Assembly: GCA_038742305.1 (NCBI GenBank)
Contig: JAVYKI010000002.1
Span: forward strand, 1,013-65,012
Source of the DNA: Candidatus Aenigmatarchaeota archaeon
GTDB taxonomy: Archaea; Aenigmatarchaeota; Aenigmatarchaeia; CG10238-14; SpSt-28
DNA: 64,000 bases
Direction of reading: 5' to 3'
Position 1 is the stretch's first letter, and each line of letters begins with the position of its first letter. Positions 43,004-52,109 of the stretch are shown one piece after another. The notes under the pieces were generated by a model. That model saw only the letters and a program-made list of their open reading frames with translations. It was not told the DNA's origin and did no database searches. Position numbers and translations under genes: made by a program.

Positions 43004-44243
43004 GCCAACTTAATCTAGGCCTAATTACTGCAGTTAAAATTCTTTCAGAATTATCATCTAAAATTATTGCAGCTCCAGGAATTCTCGGCAATTTATTAAA
43101 TAATATTTCCAATTCTTCTTCTACGTAAGTTTGCATTATCGCTCTTAATGCTTTTAAATCTTCTCTAGCTGTTAATCTAAAAGAAATAACTATATCTGTT
43201 TGACTTAATAAATCTTGATGCAATTTATTTGGCATTTGAGTTATACAAATTAAATTTACTCCAGGCTCTCTTCCTTGCTTTGCAATTCTTAATATTGGAT
43301 CTAGTGCAATAGTTTGCTTATCGCTTGGAGCAAAATTTTGTGCTTCTTCAAAAAGCAGCCAAGTAATTGGAAAAAAATATTTTTGCTCTCTTCCTTCAAT
43401 TTTTGCAATTTCTTCTTCTTTTCTAGATAAAACTCTATTAAAATAAATAGTATTTGCAAGCCATGCAGCAATCATATTCATTATAGCAATATTTTTAACT
43501 CTTGATAAATCTATTACAGTAACTTTTCCAGGAACAACAAAATCTTCAATTCTATTTCCATATTTTTCAAAAATTTTCCAGGATTCTATTGTTTTAAAAG
43601 TGCTAACTAAAAACTTTTTAACTTCATCTTCTATTTCGTTATCATTTTTTATTTTCTCTATTAAATCGTTTAAATCATAAATTTCCTTTTCCTTTGCTAA
43701 TTCATTTAAATTTTTTTCTAATGCAATAGCTGCTTTGCTAGTTCTTTCTAATTCTAATGTCCTAATCCAATCTTCTGCAGTAAATATGTTAGTAGCTAAA
43801 GAAAAAGAATCGTCAACAGGAATTCCAGCATTAATATAATCTTCATACAAACCTTTTGGAACTAATACTCTAAAATATTCTTTAAAACCTCTTGGCTCTA
43901 AATTCCATTGTTGCAAAATTTGCTTCATTGCTAAGTTTGGATATTTCATGCTCCAATAAATTCCCATCGGGTCAACTATTACAAAAGCACTTTTATTCCT
44001 TATTTCATCTTCTAATTTGCAAAATTCTTCTATAATTACTCCAGCAGAAAAACTTTTTCCAGAGCCTCTTTTGCCACAAATTAAAACAACATGAGCTTTT
44101 ATAAAATCGAAATAAACTTTTGTAGTAAGCTGCCAATCATATTCACCAATTACTAATTGTCTTCCAATAAATCCAGCACCTTTAATTCCATATTTTTTTA
44201 AATCTTCTTTGCTTCTTCCAACAACATTTTCAATAATTTCCAT
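42975..44243 (-). CDS. HerA/FtsK-superfamily P-loop ATPase (DUF87-like).
   Basis: VVLICGKRGSGKSFSAGVIIEE Walker A; ITWLLFEEAQNFAP Walker B-like; overlaps the tatD start by 29 nt. Confidence 0.6.
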   Translation of the reverse strand: MEIIENVVGRSKEDLKKYGIKGAGFIGRQLVIGEYDWQLTTKVYFDFIKAHVVLICGKRGSGKSFSAGVIIEEFCKLEDEIRNKSAFVIVDPMGIYWSMKYPNLAMKQILQQWNLEPRGFKEYFRVLVPKGLYEDYINAGIPVDDSFSLATNIFTAEDWIRTLELERTSKAAIALEKNLNELAKEKEIYDLNDLIEKIKNDNEIEDEVKKFLVSTFKTIESWKIFEKYGNRIEDFVVPGKVTVIDLSRVKNIAIMNMIAAWLANTIYFNRVLSRKEEEIAKIEGREQKYFFPITWLLFEEAQNFAPSDKQTIALDPILRIAKQGREPGVNLICITQMPNKLHQDLLSQTDIVISFRLTAREDLKALRAIMQTYVEEELEILFNKLPRIPGAAIILDDNSERILTAVIRPRLSWHAGGTAQVI

Positions 44244-44287
44244 AATTACTTCGAGTTTAACTTAAAAATAAAATTATATATTAATAT

Positions 44288-44569
44288 ATGAAATTTCCAA
44301 AAGAAGTAAGGATATATTGCCCATATTGCAATAAGCACACTTTGCATAGTGTTGAAATTGTTAAAAAAAGGCCAAGAAGAACATTAGCTCATGGGCAAAG
44401 AAGATTTCTTAGAAAAATGAAAGGTTATGGAAGCTTTCCAAAAGAAAATCCAAAAGGAAGAGAAAAGCCAACAAAAAAAGTTGATTTGAGGTTTAAATGT
44501 AAAGAATGTAATAAAAAGCATGTGCATGGAAAAGGATTTAGAGTTAAAAAGCTTGAATTCAAGCAATGA
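44288..44569 (+). CDS. rpl44e: 50S ribosomal protein L44e (eL42).
   Basis: [22 protein letters not shown]...KCKECNKKH. Confidence 0.85.
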   Translation: MKFPKEVRIYCPYCNKHTLHSVEIVKKRPRRTLAHGQRRFLRKMKGYGSFPKENPKGREKPTKKVDLRFKCKECNKKHVHGKGFRVKKLEFKQ

Positions 44570-44742
44570 GCTCAAAATTTTTAAGAGTAGTTTGTTTAAA
44601 GTGTAGAAACGAACAAATTATTTTTGAAAAAGCTAGTACAATAGTAAGATGCTTAAATTGTAATGAAATTATTGCAATTCCTACTGGAGGAAAAGCTAAG
44701 TTACAGCATGTAGAAGTAATTGAAGAAATTACTAATTTTTAA
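44566..44742 (+). CDS. rps27e: 30S ribosomal protein S27e (eS27), 58 aa. It is absent from the ORF track because it is shorter than 60 aa.
   Basis: Hand translation [58 protein letters not shown] gives a C4 zinc ribbon, with an ATGA overlap with rpl44e. Confidence 0.8.
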   Translation: MSSKFLRVVCLKCRNEQIIFEKASTIVRCLNCNEIIAIPTGGKAKLQHVEVIEEITNF

Positions 44743-44758
44743 AATTTAAATTCTTTTA

Positions 44759-45289
44759 GTGGAGGAAATAATAACTTTTGAAGAATTAAGAGAAGTTTTT
44801 ATTAGCGAAAAGAACGATTCTAAACTTACAAAAATAGATGAAAACTTTTTTTCTAAAGTAAAAAATTATTTAGAATTTAAAGAAAAAGCTTTTGAGCAAA
44901 CAAAAAACGAAAAGATATTGCAGGAATTGAAATCTGCTAAAAGAATGTTTGAAGAAATAATTTTAACAAGGCAGAAGAAAATAATAAATTCTGTTTTTGT
45001 TTTTCTTAAAACTGGAGCATTGCCAGAAAATATGCTAAATAGCGAAGAAGAAATATTTTTTAAAATAGTAGATTTATTAAAAGAGTATAGACAAAAATTA
45101 ATTTCTGGCTCTCAAGAAATAAAAAAGCAAGAAGTTAAAAAAGTTAAAATAAAAATGCTTTTTGATATTCCAGAATTTATTGGGCCAGATGGAAAAGAAT
45201 ATGGACCTTTTAAACAAGACGAAATTGTTGAAATAGAAGAAGAAGTAGCTAAATACTTAATTGAAAATGGATTTGCGAAAACTATTTAA
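44759..45289 (+). CDS. Hypothetical helical protein, possibly GINS-like; the family is uncertain.
   Basis: Size (~176 aa) and context after rpl44e-rps27e; no firm motif. Confidence 0.3.
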   Translation: MEEIITFEELREVFISEKNDSKLTKIDENFFSKVKNYLEFKEKAFEQTKNEKILQELKSAKRMFEEIILTRQKKIINSVFVFLKTGALPENMLNSEEEIFFKIVDLLKEYRQKLISGSQEIKKQEVKKVKIKMLFDIPEFIGPDGKEYGPFKQDEIVEIEEEVAKYLIENGFAKTI

Positions 45290-45311
45290 ATATAAAAACT
45301 TAATTTAATAT

Positions 45312-46235
45312 ATGGTTTCAAAAAGCTTTGGTGCTATATTTAATAACTTTATTATATTACTATTTTTATTTTCTGTAGTTTTTGCTCAGAATGAAACCAA
45401 TCCATTAGAAATAGTACTAGGAATAATACCGGTAATAATTGTAATATTAATACTTTTGTGGTTGGGCGGAGTATTTAAAGCTCCAGGAGGAAGATTTCCC
45501 CTAGCTCCTATACTTTATGTACTACTTATAGTAATAATTTTTGTATTACCTCTTTTACAAAGGTTAGGTTATATTAAGATTTTTCCCGATACTATAAGTT
45601 CTGAAACGTTAAAGCAATGGGGATTTCCTCAGCAAAACAAATTACCAGATTTCGCTTGTAAAGTTCTTACTGGTTTAACTTTGCAAGAAGAAATTGCTTG
45701 TTATGTTCCTGAACTTATATTCTTCTTTATTCTTCCTTTTGCAGCAATTTTTGCTATAACATGGGCATTTTTAAAAATGTTAAATATATTTGAAAATGTA
45801 CCAAATGCTGATAACATTTACAGATTATTAGCTTTTATAATAGCATTTATGACGATTCCTATGGGTATTTTTATGATTCTTATAGCTACATGGTTTAGCT
45901 TTTTAGGCGCTTTTTCTATTGCTGTTTTTGTTGCAATGTTTATTGCTGGAGTGTTTTTCAGAGGATATGGATATATTAGAGCAGAAGCTTATGGAGTAGC
46001 TTTAAAAACTTTATCTATAAGAATAAAAGAAGCTAGAGCTAAATTTGAAAAATTATTAGATCAAGTGGATGATTTGAGTGTAGATGCTCTAAGAAATGAA
46101 TTAAAAGATTTAAGAAGAGCTTATGGAGATCTAGATGCTGTAGTTTCTGAAATTCCAACTAAAACTGAAATTGATAATTGGGATAAAAATACAATAAAGC
46201 AAAGAATTCAAAACATAATTAACAAACTTAAATAA
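45312..46235 (+). CDS. Polytopic membrane protein with a signal peptide and a C-terminal cytoplasmic coiled coil. It appears related to the two small membrane proteins at 49516-50564.
   Basis: Hydrophobicity pattern; FILPFAAIFAITWAFLKMLNIFE resembles VPFLISFAFFYALFEKIKI in the downstream paralogs. Confidence 0.4.
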   Translation: MVSKSFGAIFNNFIILLFLFSVVFAQNETNPLEIVLGIIPVIIVILILLWLGGVFKAPGGRFPLAPILYVLLIVIIFVLPLLQRLGYIKIFPDTISSETLKQWGFPQQNKLPDFACKVLTGLTLQEEIACYVPELIFFFILPFAAIFAITWAFLKMLNIFENVPNADNIYRLLAFIIAFMTIPMGIFMILIATWFSFLGAFSIAVFVAMFIAGVFFRGYGYIRAEAYGVALKTLSIRIKEARAKFEKLLDQVDDLSVDALRNELKDLRRAYGDLDAVVSEIPTKTEIDNWDKNTIKQRIQNIINKLK

Positions 46236-48429
46236 ATTCTAGCATTTGTTTTTCCCATCTTCTAAGTATTTCTTTAGAATCTAAATATCCAAGCTCTCTT
46301 TTTACTTCTTCAGAAATTAAGTGAAAATACTCGTTTGCTAAAACAACATATTCCGCTTCAAGCAATTCTGGCTTATTATACTTTTCAGAAAATTCTATTA
46401 ATTTTTCTTTAATTTTTGCTCTTAGCATTATATTTTCCCAAACTAAATCCCAATTTCCATGAAATTCCGGAACTCTTCTCATTATTTCTCTAATTACAAA
46501 ACTTTCTCCATTAATTAAAGTTGGAGTAGGTATTAAATTATCTTCTTTTGCATTATAAATCATTAGCGGAATAAAAGCATTTTCTCTTAATGGATCGTCT
46601 TCCCAATTTTTTCTAACTTCTATAACTTCAACAACTCTTTTAAACCTTCTTATACCATCTGCGCTTTTTAAATTAGCGGTAATAATTATTAAATCTACAG
46701 CCTTAAAGCTTGTTTTTGGAACTTTTAAATCGTTTACAACTCTATCAAAAACTCCATAAGCAGATTCTCCATGAATAGTTCCTGCAACAACATGAGCTAA
46801 TGCTCCAATTCTCATTGCTTCAAACAAAGTAAGAGCTTCAGTACTTCTTATTTCTCCAATTATTAATGCACTATCTCCAAGCCTTAATGCAGTTCTTAAT
46901 GCTTCTTCAGCTGGCAACTCGCTTTCTACTCTAGTTATTACGCTTCTAGCTTTTAATCTTTCAATATTATAGCCAATTTCTCTCATTTGTGGAACAGGAA
47001 GCTCTAAAGTATCTTCAAGAACAATTATTCTATATTTTTTAGGAATTTCTAACATTAAAGCTTGAAGTAATGAAGTTTTTCCCGAACCTCTACCTCCAGC
47101 AACTAAGAAGCTTCTAGCACCACTAACTATAAAATTCATTAATCCAGCAAAAAGAGAATTTATCATTTTCTTTTTTATAAATAAAGGCAAAGTCCACGGC
47201 TTATCTCTATGCCTTCTAAAAGCAAAAGATAAACCTTCTGGAGTTAATGGTCTAGTAGTTATTGCAACCCTTGCTCTTCCTTCTGGCAAGTTTAATTCGG
47301 TATCCAAAACAGGGTTTGCTTCATCTAGCGGTCTTCCAGAATAAAGCCTAAACTTTGTTGCCCAGTTTTCAGCTTCTACGGGAGAAATTATAATGTTAGT
47401 TTCGCATTCTTCAAATTCAGAATGCTGAATAAAAACTGGCTTGCTTCCAATTGGCGAGTTAATATAAATATCTGTAATGTTTTCATCAGCAACAAATCTT
47501 TCTAAAATTCCATATCCAACAGTATATTTTAATAAAATATTTGTAAGCTCTTCAATCCTTTTTTCGGTTAATGGTATATTCATTTCTGCAGAAACTTTTT
47601 TTATTAAATCTCTTTCTAAATTAAAAAAAGCTTCTCTAGTTTTTTCAAAATCCTTTAATTCTTCTTCGCTTACTTTATGCTCAGCCAAAATTGCTCTTAC
47701 TCTTTCGAGTATTTTTATTTCTTCATCTGAAAGAAAAAATTCTGGAGCCAAAATCATATAAAGAGGCCTAACTTTATTAGGAACTTTAAAAATTTCTACT
47801 TCAAAATCTCTTACTTTATACTTAGCTAATCTAATAGAATTTTTTGGAGGCAAAATATAAAACTTTGTTTCTAAAAATATTGGCCTAATTATAGGATTAA
47901 GGTATTCTCTATAAACGCTTCTATCACCAATTTTAATATTTTTATCTTTAGAAACTTTTACAAAAAAATTTTTTTCTAGTATTGAAATTAAGGGCTCTAT
48001 ATGATATTTAATAAAATTTAAGTAAGTATCATCTTTTGTTTTTTCGTAAAGAGCTAAAAGTTTTGGTCTAAACAGTAAAAGTTTTTTGTAACTTGAAATT
48101 ATATCCTCTTTAATTTCTTCTATAAAAGAATTTAACTGATCAAAAAACTTTTGCAAAACGTTTAGCTTTCTCACTTCTTTTAAAGTAGGTACATTAATCC
48201 TATTTTTTATTATTTCTTCATAAGTTTCTGCAATTTCTCTTAATAATTTAGTTTGCTCATAAGGATATTCCAATTCTTTTAAACTTTGAATTATTATTTC
48301 TAAAACATTTTTATTTTGAATTAATTGTTCTATACAAATTTTCATAAGCTCTCTAGAATCTTCTATAGGTACAATTGGCTTGTCAGAAATTTTTATTATT
48401 AACTTATTTTCTTCGATTCTTATATCCAT
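46228..48429 (-). CDS. FlaI/TadA/VirB11-family secretion-type ATPase, with long N- and C-terminal extensions (733 aa).
   Basis: LVAGGRGSGKTSLLQALMLEI, IIVLEDTLEL, IIGEIR. Confidence 0.8.
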   Translation of the reverse strand: MDIRIEENKLIIKISDKPIVPIEDSRELMKICIEQLIQNKNVLEIIIQSLKELEYPYEQTKLLREIAETYEEIIKNRINVPTLKEVRKLNVLQKFFDQLNSFIEEIKEDIISSYKKLLLFRPKLLALYEKTKDDTYLNFIKYHIEPLISILEKNFFVKVSKDKNIKIGDRSVYREYLNPIIRPIFLETKFYILPPKNSIRLAKYKVRDFEVEIFKVPNKVRPLYMILAPEFFLSDEEIKILERVRAILAEHKVSEEELKDFEKTREAFFNLERDLIKKVSAEMNIPLTEKRIEELTNILLKYTVGYGILERFVADENITDIYINSPIGSKPVFIQHSEFEECETNIIISPVEAENWATKFRLYSGRPLDEANPVLDTELNLPEGRARVAITTRPLTPEGLSFAFRRHRDKPWTLPLFIKKKMINSLFAGLMNFIVSGARSFLVAGGRGSGKTSLLQALMLEIPKKYRIIVLEDTLELPVPQMREIGYNIERLKARSVITRVESELPAEEALRTALRLGDSALIIGEIRSTEALTLFEAMRIGALAHVVAGTIHGESAYGVFDRVVNDLKVPKTSFKAVDLIIITANLKSADGIRRFKRVVEVIEVRKNWEDDPLRENAFIPLMIYNAKEDNLIPTPTLINGESFVIREIMRRVPEFHGNWDLVWENIMLRAKIKEKLIEFSEKYNKPELLEAEYVVLANEYFHLISEEVKRELGYLDSKEILRRWEKQMLEFI

Positions 48430-48455
48430 AATATAAACATTAATGATTAATAATT

Positions 48456-48803
48456 ATGGAAAATGTATTGAACGAACTGCCAATAAGAATAAGAATTATG
48501 GAGCAACAATTAAGAAAGCTTGATGATAACGTTAAAAGTCTTGAAAATATGATTAATTTTAATGTTAAAAATATTAACGAAAAAATAAGAGAATTAAAAA
48601 ACGATATAGAAATTTTGAAAGAAAAAGTAAACGACCTATATCAAAAAATAGATAGAATAGAAAGTGAAATGAGAAGAAAAGCAAATTTAAGCGATTTAAA
48701 AGAATTAAAAGAGCTTATAGACATCTTCAATCCATTAAAATCTACTTTTGTTACTAGAGATGAAGTAAAGAGAATAATCGAAGAAATAATAAAAACTAAA
48801 TAA
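48456..48803 (+). CDS. Coiled-coil protein (115 aa).
   Basis: Heptad-rich sequence; it is divergent from the FlaI-like gene with only a 26-bp spacer. Confidence 0.4.
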   Translation: MENVLNELPIRIRIMEQQLRKLDDNVKSLENMINFNVKNINEKIRELKNDIEILKEKVNDLYQKIDRIESEMRRKANLSDLKELKELIDIFNPLKSTFVTRDEVKRIIEEIIKTK

Positions 48804-48808
48804 ATATT

Positions 48809-49519
48809 ATGGTTACTCTTTTTGGTAAAAAAGAAGAAAAGAAGGTTGGAAGAGGTTTCGTTCCTATAGAAAGGGTAAAAGAAATGCTTGATAAAGGTTT
48901 TAATGAAATTGAAATAATTGATACTTTGAGGAAAGAAGGATTTAGTGCAGAAGAAATAGATAAAGCTTTAACAGAAGCTTATAAAGACGTTATTTCTAGA
49001 CCTTTACAACCAAGCACTGAACAAACTACAAATACTCAACCTCCTCAAATTCAAGCCCAATATCAACCTTTTCAAAACATATCTGCTCCTCTAAAAGATG
49101 AAGGTTTATCAAAAGAAATAAAACCACTAGCTCAAACTCAAACTCAACAAACATTTTATCAACCCTTTAAATCAGAAATAGAAACTAAATTAGAAGATCA
49201 AATTTCTTTAGAAGAATACTTAGATGCTTTAATAAAAAGTAATTTAGATGAATTAAACAAAAGATTAATGGAAATTTCTTTGAAGCAAAGAGAATTAGAA
49301 GAAAAAATTGCAGATTTTGAAAATAAATTAGCCGAAACTGAAAAATCTAGAAAAGATGAATTAGAAAAAATTCTTTTAGAAATAAGAGGTTCTAGGGAAA
49401 ATATAAACGATTTGATTGTAAAAGTCGAAACTTTATCGAAAACTATAAAAGAATTATTACCAACTTTAATAGAAGCAGTAAGATTATTAAGCGAAATAGT
49501 TCAGCAAAAAACTAAATGA
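48809..49519 (+). CDS. Protein with an N-terminal small domain, a Q/P/T-rich linker and a C-terminal coiled coil.
   Basis: GFVPIERVKEMLDKGFNEIEIIDTLRKEGFSAEEIDKAL; linker PLQPSTEQTTNTQPPQIQAQYQPFQ; coiled-coil tail. Confidence 0.4.
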   Translation: MVTLFGKKEEKKVGRGFVPIERVKEMLDKGFNEIEIIDTLRKEGFSAEEIDKALTEAYKDVISRPLQPSTEQTTNTQPPQIQAQYQPFQNISAPLKDEGLSKEIKPLAQTQTQQTFYQPFKSEIETKLEDQISLEEYLDALIKSNLDELNKRLMEISLKQRELEEKIADFENKLAETEKSRKDELEKILLEIRGSRENINDLIVKVETLSKTIKELLPTLIEAVRLLSEIVQQKTK

Positions 49520-50037
49520 GCTATTTTGAAGAAGTTGCAAATTTTTTAATTCAGTCTGGAACAATATCTTTTTTAGTACCATTTTTAATTTCTTTTGCAT
49601 TCTTTTATGCTTTATTTGAAAAAATTAAAATTTCAGAGAAAAAATCAATTAGTACAATTTTAGCATTTTCTATAAGTTTACTAATTTTTACTTTTCCATT
49701 AATTAGCGGAATAGATTTAGGAGTAGCTCTTTCTTATTATTTTGCTCAAGCTTTTGGATTTTTAATTGTTTTAGTTTTTGGATTATTGGTAGCTTCTTTA
49801 TTTTATCCAGATTTTAGTGAAAAATTAAAGCAATTTTTTGTAACTAGAGGAGTATTAGTCGCTATGATAGCTTTAGCTTTAACTCTTTTTGTAACTAGTG
49901 GTATTTTAAACCTTCTTTTCTTTTCTTTTTCTCCTCAAACAGAAAACACATTATCTGAAGCTGTAAACGTAGGAATATTGGCTGCACTACTTATAATATT
50001 CGCAGTATTAATAGCTATTTCTAGTAGAATAAGATGA
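49516..50037 (+). CDS. Small polytopic membrane protein, paralog A.
   Basis: Four predicted TM segments; paralogous to the next ORF. Confidence 0.5.
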   Translation: MSYFEEVANFLIQSGTISFLVPFLISFAFFYALFEKIKISEKKSISTILAFSISLLIFTFPLISGIDLGVALSYYFAQAFGFLIVLVFGLLVASLFYPDFSEKLKQFFVTRGVLVAMIALALTLFVTSGILNLLFFSFSPQTENTLSEAVNVGILAALLIIFAVLIAISSRIR

Positions 50038-50564
50038 GCGATGCATTTACTCTTACAATACAATTTTTAGATTCAATAGGATTTTTTAAGTTTGTAATTC
50101 CTTATATTTTAACATTTGCAATTTTTTATGGATTGCTTAGAAAATCTCAAATATTTGGAGAAAGGAAAGAAGCTGTTGCTATAAATGCTACTATTGCACT
50201 TTCCGCAAGCCTATTAGTTACTGCAGCTCCAATACTAGCTGGAATAGACATTTCCACAGCTTTATCACAATTTTTGGCTTTCTTCTTAGTAATACTAGTA
50301 ATAATTCTTGTGTTAGTTTTTATTCCTTTAACAATTTATGGAAAAAGTTTATCTGACTTAGGACTTAAAGGTTGGAATTCGGCTATAGTTATAATTGTTA
50401 TAATAGCAGTTGCAGTATTAATTGCAACGGGCTTATTATTAGGTCCGTTTTTAAACTTTTTCGGTGCTGTTTCAGAGGAAACACTGTATTCAATAGTAAC
50501 TTTAGGCATATTTTTGGCAATAATGCTAGCAATACTATTCTTTCCTTCTAAAAAACAATCATAA
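50034..50564 (+). CDS. Small polytopic membrane protein, paralog B.
   Basis: Alignable with the preceding ORF (VPFLISFAFFYALFEKIKI/IPYILTFAIFYGLLRKSQIF; ISGIDLGVALS/LAGIDISTALS). Confidence 0.5.
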   Translation: MSDAFTLTIQFLDSIGFFKFVIPYILTFAIFYGLLRKSQIFGERKEAVAINATIALSASLLVTAAPILAGIDISTALSQFLAFFLVILVIILVLVFIPLTIYGKSLSDLGLKGWNSAIVIIVIIAVAVLIATGLLLGPFLNFFGAVSEETLYSIVTLGIFLAIMLAILFFPSKKQS

Positions 50565-50566
50565 AG

Positions 50567-51322
50567 CTAAAGGAAACTTAAAGCCTCTTTTTCTACAGAA
50601 GAAAGCTCTGAAGGAATTATTAAAACATAAGGTGGAAATCCAAAATCTTTTTCAAGAAGATTTTCTATTTTATCGAAAAATATTTTTTCATTTTTAAAAC
50701 CAACTCTACAAGCAATTATTACTTCTATTTCTTTATTTATTATATTTTGTTTATACTCTTTTTCAGCTTCTAATAAAAGCTTTAAAGCTTCATTCGGCTT
50801 AAGATATTCATTTTTTTCTTTATCTATATCTAATAAGCAAAGAGTATGAAGTTTGTTTTTTTTGTTAACTTTAATAGCTTCGTAAACGCTATAAGGCAAT
50901 TTTTCGTATTTAGATTTTAAAGGTATAGTAACTATTTTCCCGAATTTATAGCAGCTTAAACCTATTTCGAAAATTGCTGTTAAAATCGAAGAAGAGTGAA
51001 TTGTTTTTATTTCCACATTTTGCTTTTTTGCTTCAATTTTTAAAGAAATGTGAGTAGTTGCGAAAAAAGGATCTCCATAAACTAAAATAGCAACATCTTT
51101 TTCCTTTGCTTCTTCTATTATTTTTCCTAAGTTATTTTCTAAATCTTCTCTTTTTAAAATTTCAACTTTTTTACCTATAAAACTTTCGATTTCTTCTTTA
51201 GAAGATTCAAAATAATTTGTATAATCTTCTAAATAAACTTTTTCGCATTTTTTAATAGCATTTAAACCTTTAATGCTTATGTCTTCAACATTCGCAACTC
51301 CAAGCCCTATTAAGTATATCAT
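50567..51322 (-). CDS. dphB: Diphthine synthase (Dph5); the start is likely at the internal MIYLIGLG.
   Basis: YLIGLGVANVEDISIKGL...VYGDPFFATTH is a tetrapyrrole-methylase-like fold. Confidence 0.75.
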   Translation of the reverse strand: MIYLIGLGVANVEDISIKGLNAIKKCEKVYLEDYTNYFESSKEEIESFIGKKVEILKREDLENNLGKIIEEAKEKDVAILVYGDPFFATTHISLKIEAKKQNVEIKTIHSSSILTAIFEIGLSCYKFGKIVTIPLKSKYEKLPYSVYEAIKVNKKNKLHTLCLLDIDKEKNEYLKPNEALKLLLEAEKEYKQNIINKEIEVIIACRVGFKNEKIFFDKIENLLEKDFGFPPYVLIIPSELSSVEKEALSFL

Positions 51323-52109
51323 TATTAATTTCAAAAACTTCAACTTTTTTATTTTTTATTTTTGCAAAACTTACTTTTTCATTTCCATAAACATTTTTCA
51401 TAGAAAAAATTGTTAGAACTTTGTTTTCATGATTAAGTTTATATGCATTACATGGCTCATGAGACCTAATTACTAATTTAAAATTATTTTTTTCAAGAAA
51501 ATTTTTTGTAACTTCTTTTGAAAACAAATAACCAATTCCTCTAAAAGATGGAGCAGTTTCTTCTTCTGTAGGATCGTTCCAAAGCATTTGAATAATATTT
51601 TCTTTATCTAGCAATTCTTCAATTTTTGGGGAAGAAATAGGAATTCCTCCATGAACTAAAAATATTTTTTCATTAGCTACAGCAAAATAAGAAAGTTTAT
51701 TCCAAAAACTTTTTACTTTTTGATAAATTTCATAAGCTTTATTTCCAAATTTTGATAATAAAGCTCTTGGAAAATCGTGAGGAGCAAAAGGAATTTCAAC
51801 ATATTCATGATTCCCCTTTAAAAGTATAACATCTTTTTTCAAAATTTCTTTTAATTTTAAAATAAAATAATAAACTTCTACTTGATAGTTTCCTCTATCT
51901 CCATAATCTCCTAAAAAAACTATTTTTTCATTTTCTCTATTTTCCAAAATTTTTAGTAAAGAATCCAAATCTCCATGCAAATCTCCTATAACTAAAAAAT
52001 CTCCTTTCAAAATTTCATATTCATTCTGCTCTTCAAATTCTTCTAATAATTTTTCAAATTCATAAGGAGTTAATTTAAATGCTTCTTCTTTAATTTTTTC
52101 TAGATTCAT
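51285..52109 (-). CDS. PPP-family Ser/Thr protein phosphatase (metallophosphoesterase).
   Basis: GDLHGD, GDYGDRG, GNHE, HGG. Confidence 0.8.
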   Translation of the reverse strand: MNLEKIKEEAFKLTPYEFEKLLEEFEEQNEYEILKGDFLVIGDLHGDLDSLLKILENRENEKIVFLGDYGDRGNYQVEVYYFILKLKEILKKDVILLKGNHEYVEIPFAPHDFPRALLSKFGNKAYEIYQKVKSFWNKLSYFAVANEKIFLVHGGIPISSPKIEELLDKENIIQMLWNDPTEEETAPSFRGIGYLFSKEVTKNFLEKNNFKLVIRSHEPCNAYKLNHENKVLTIFSMKNVYGNEKVSFAKIKNKKVEVFEINNDILNRAWSCEC

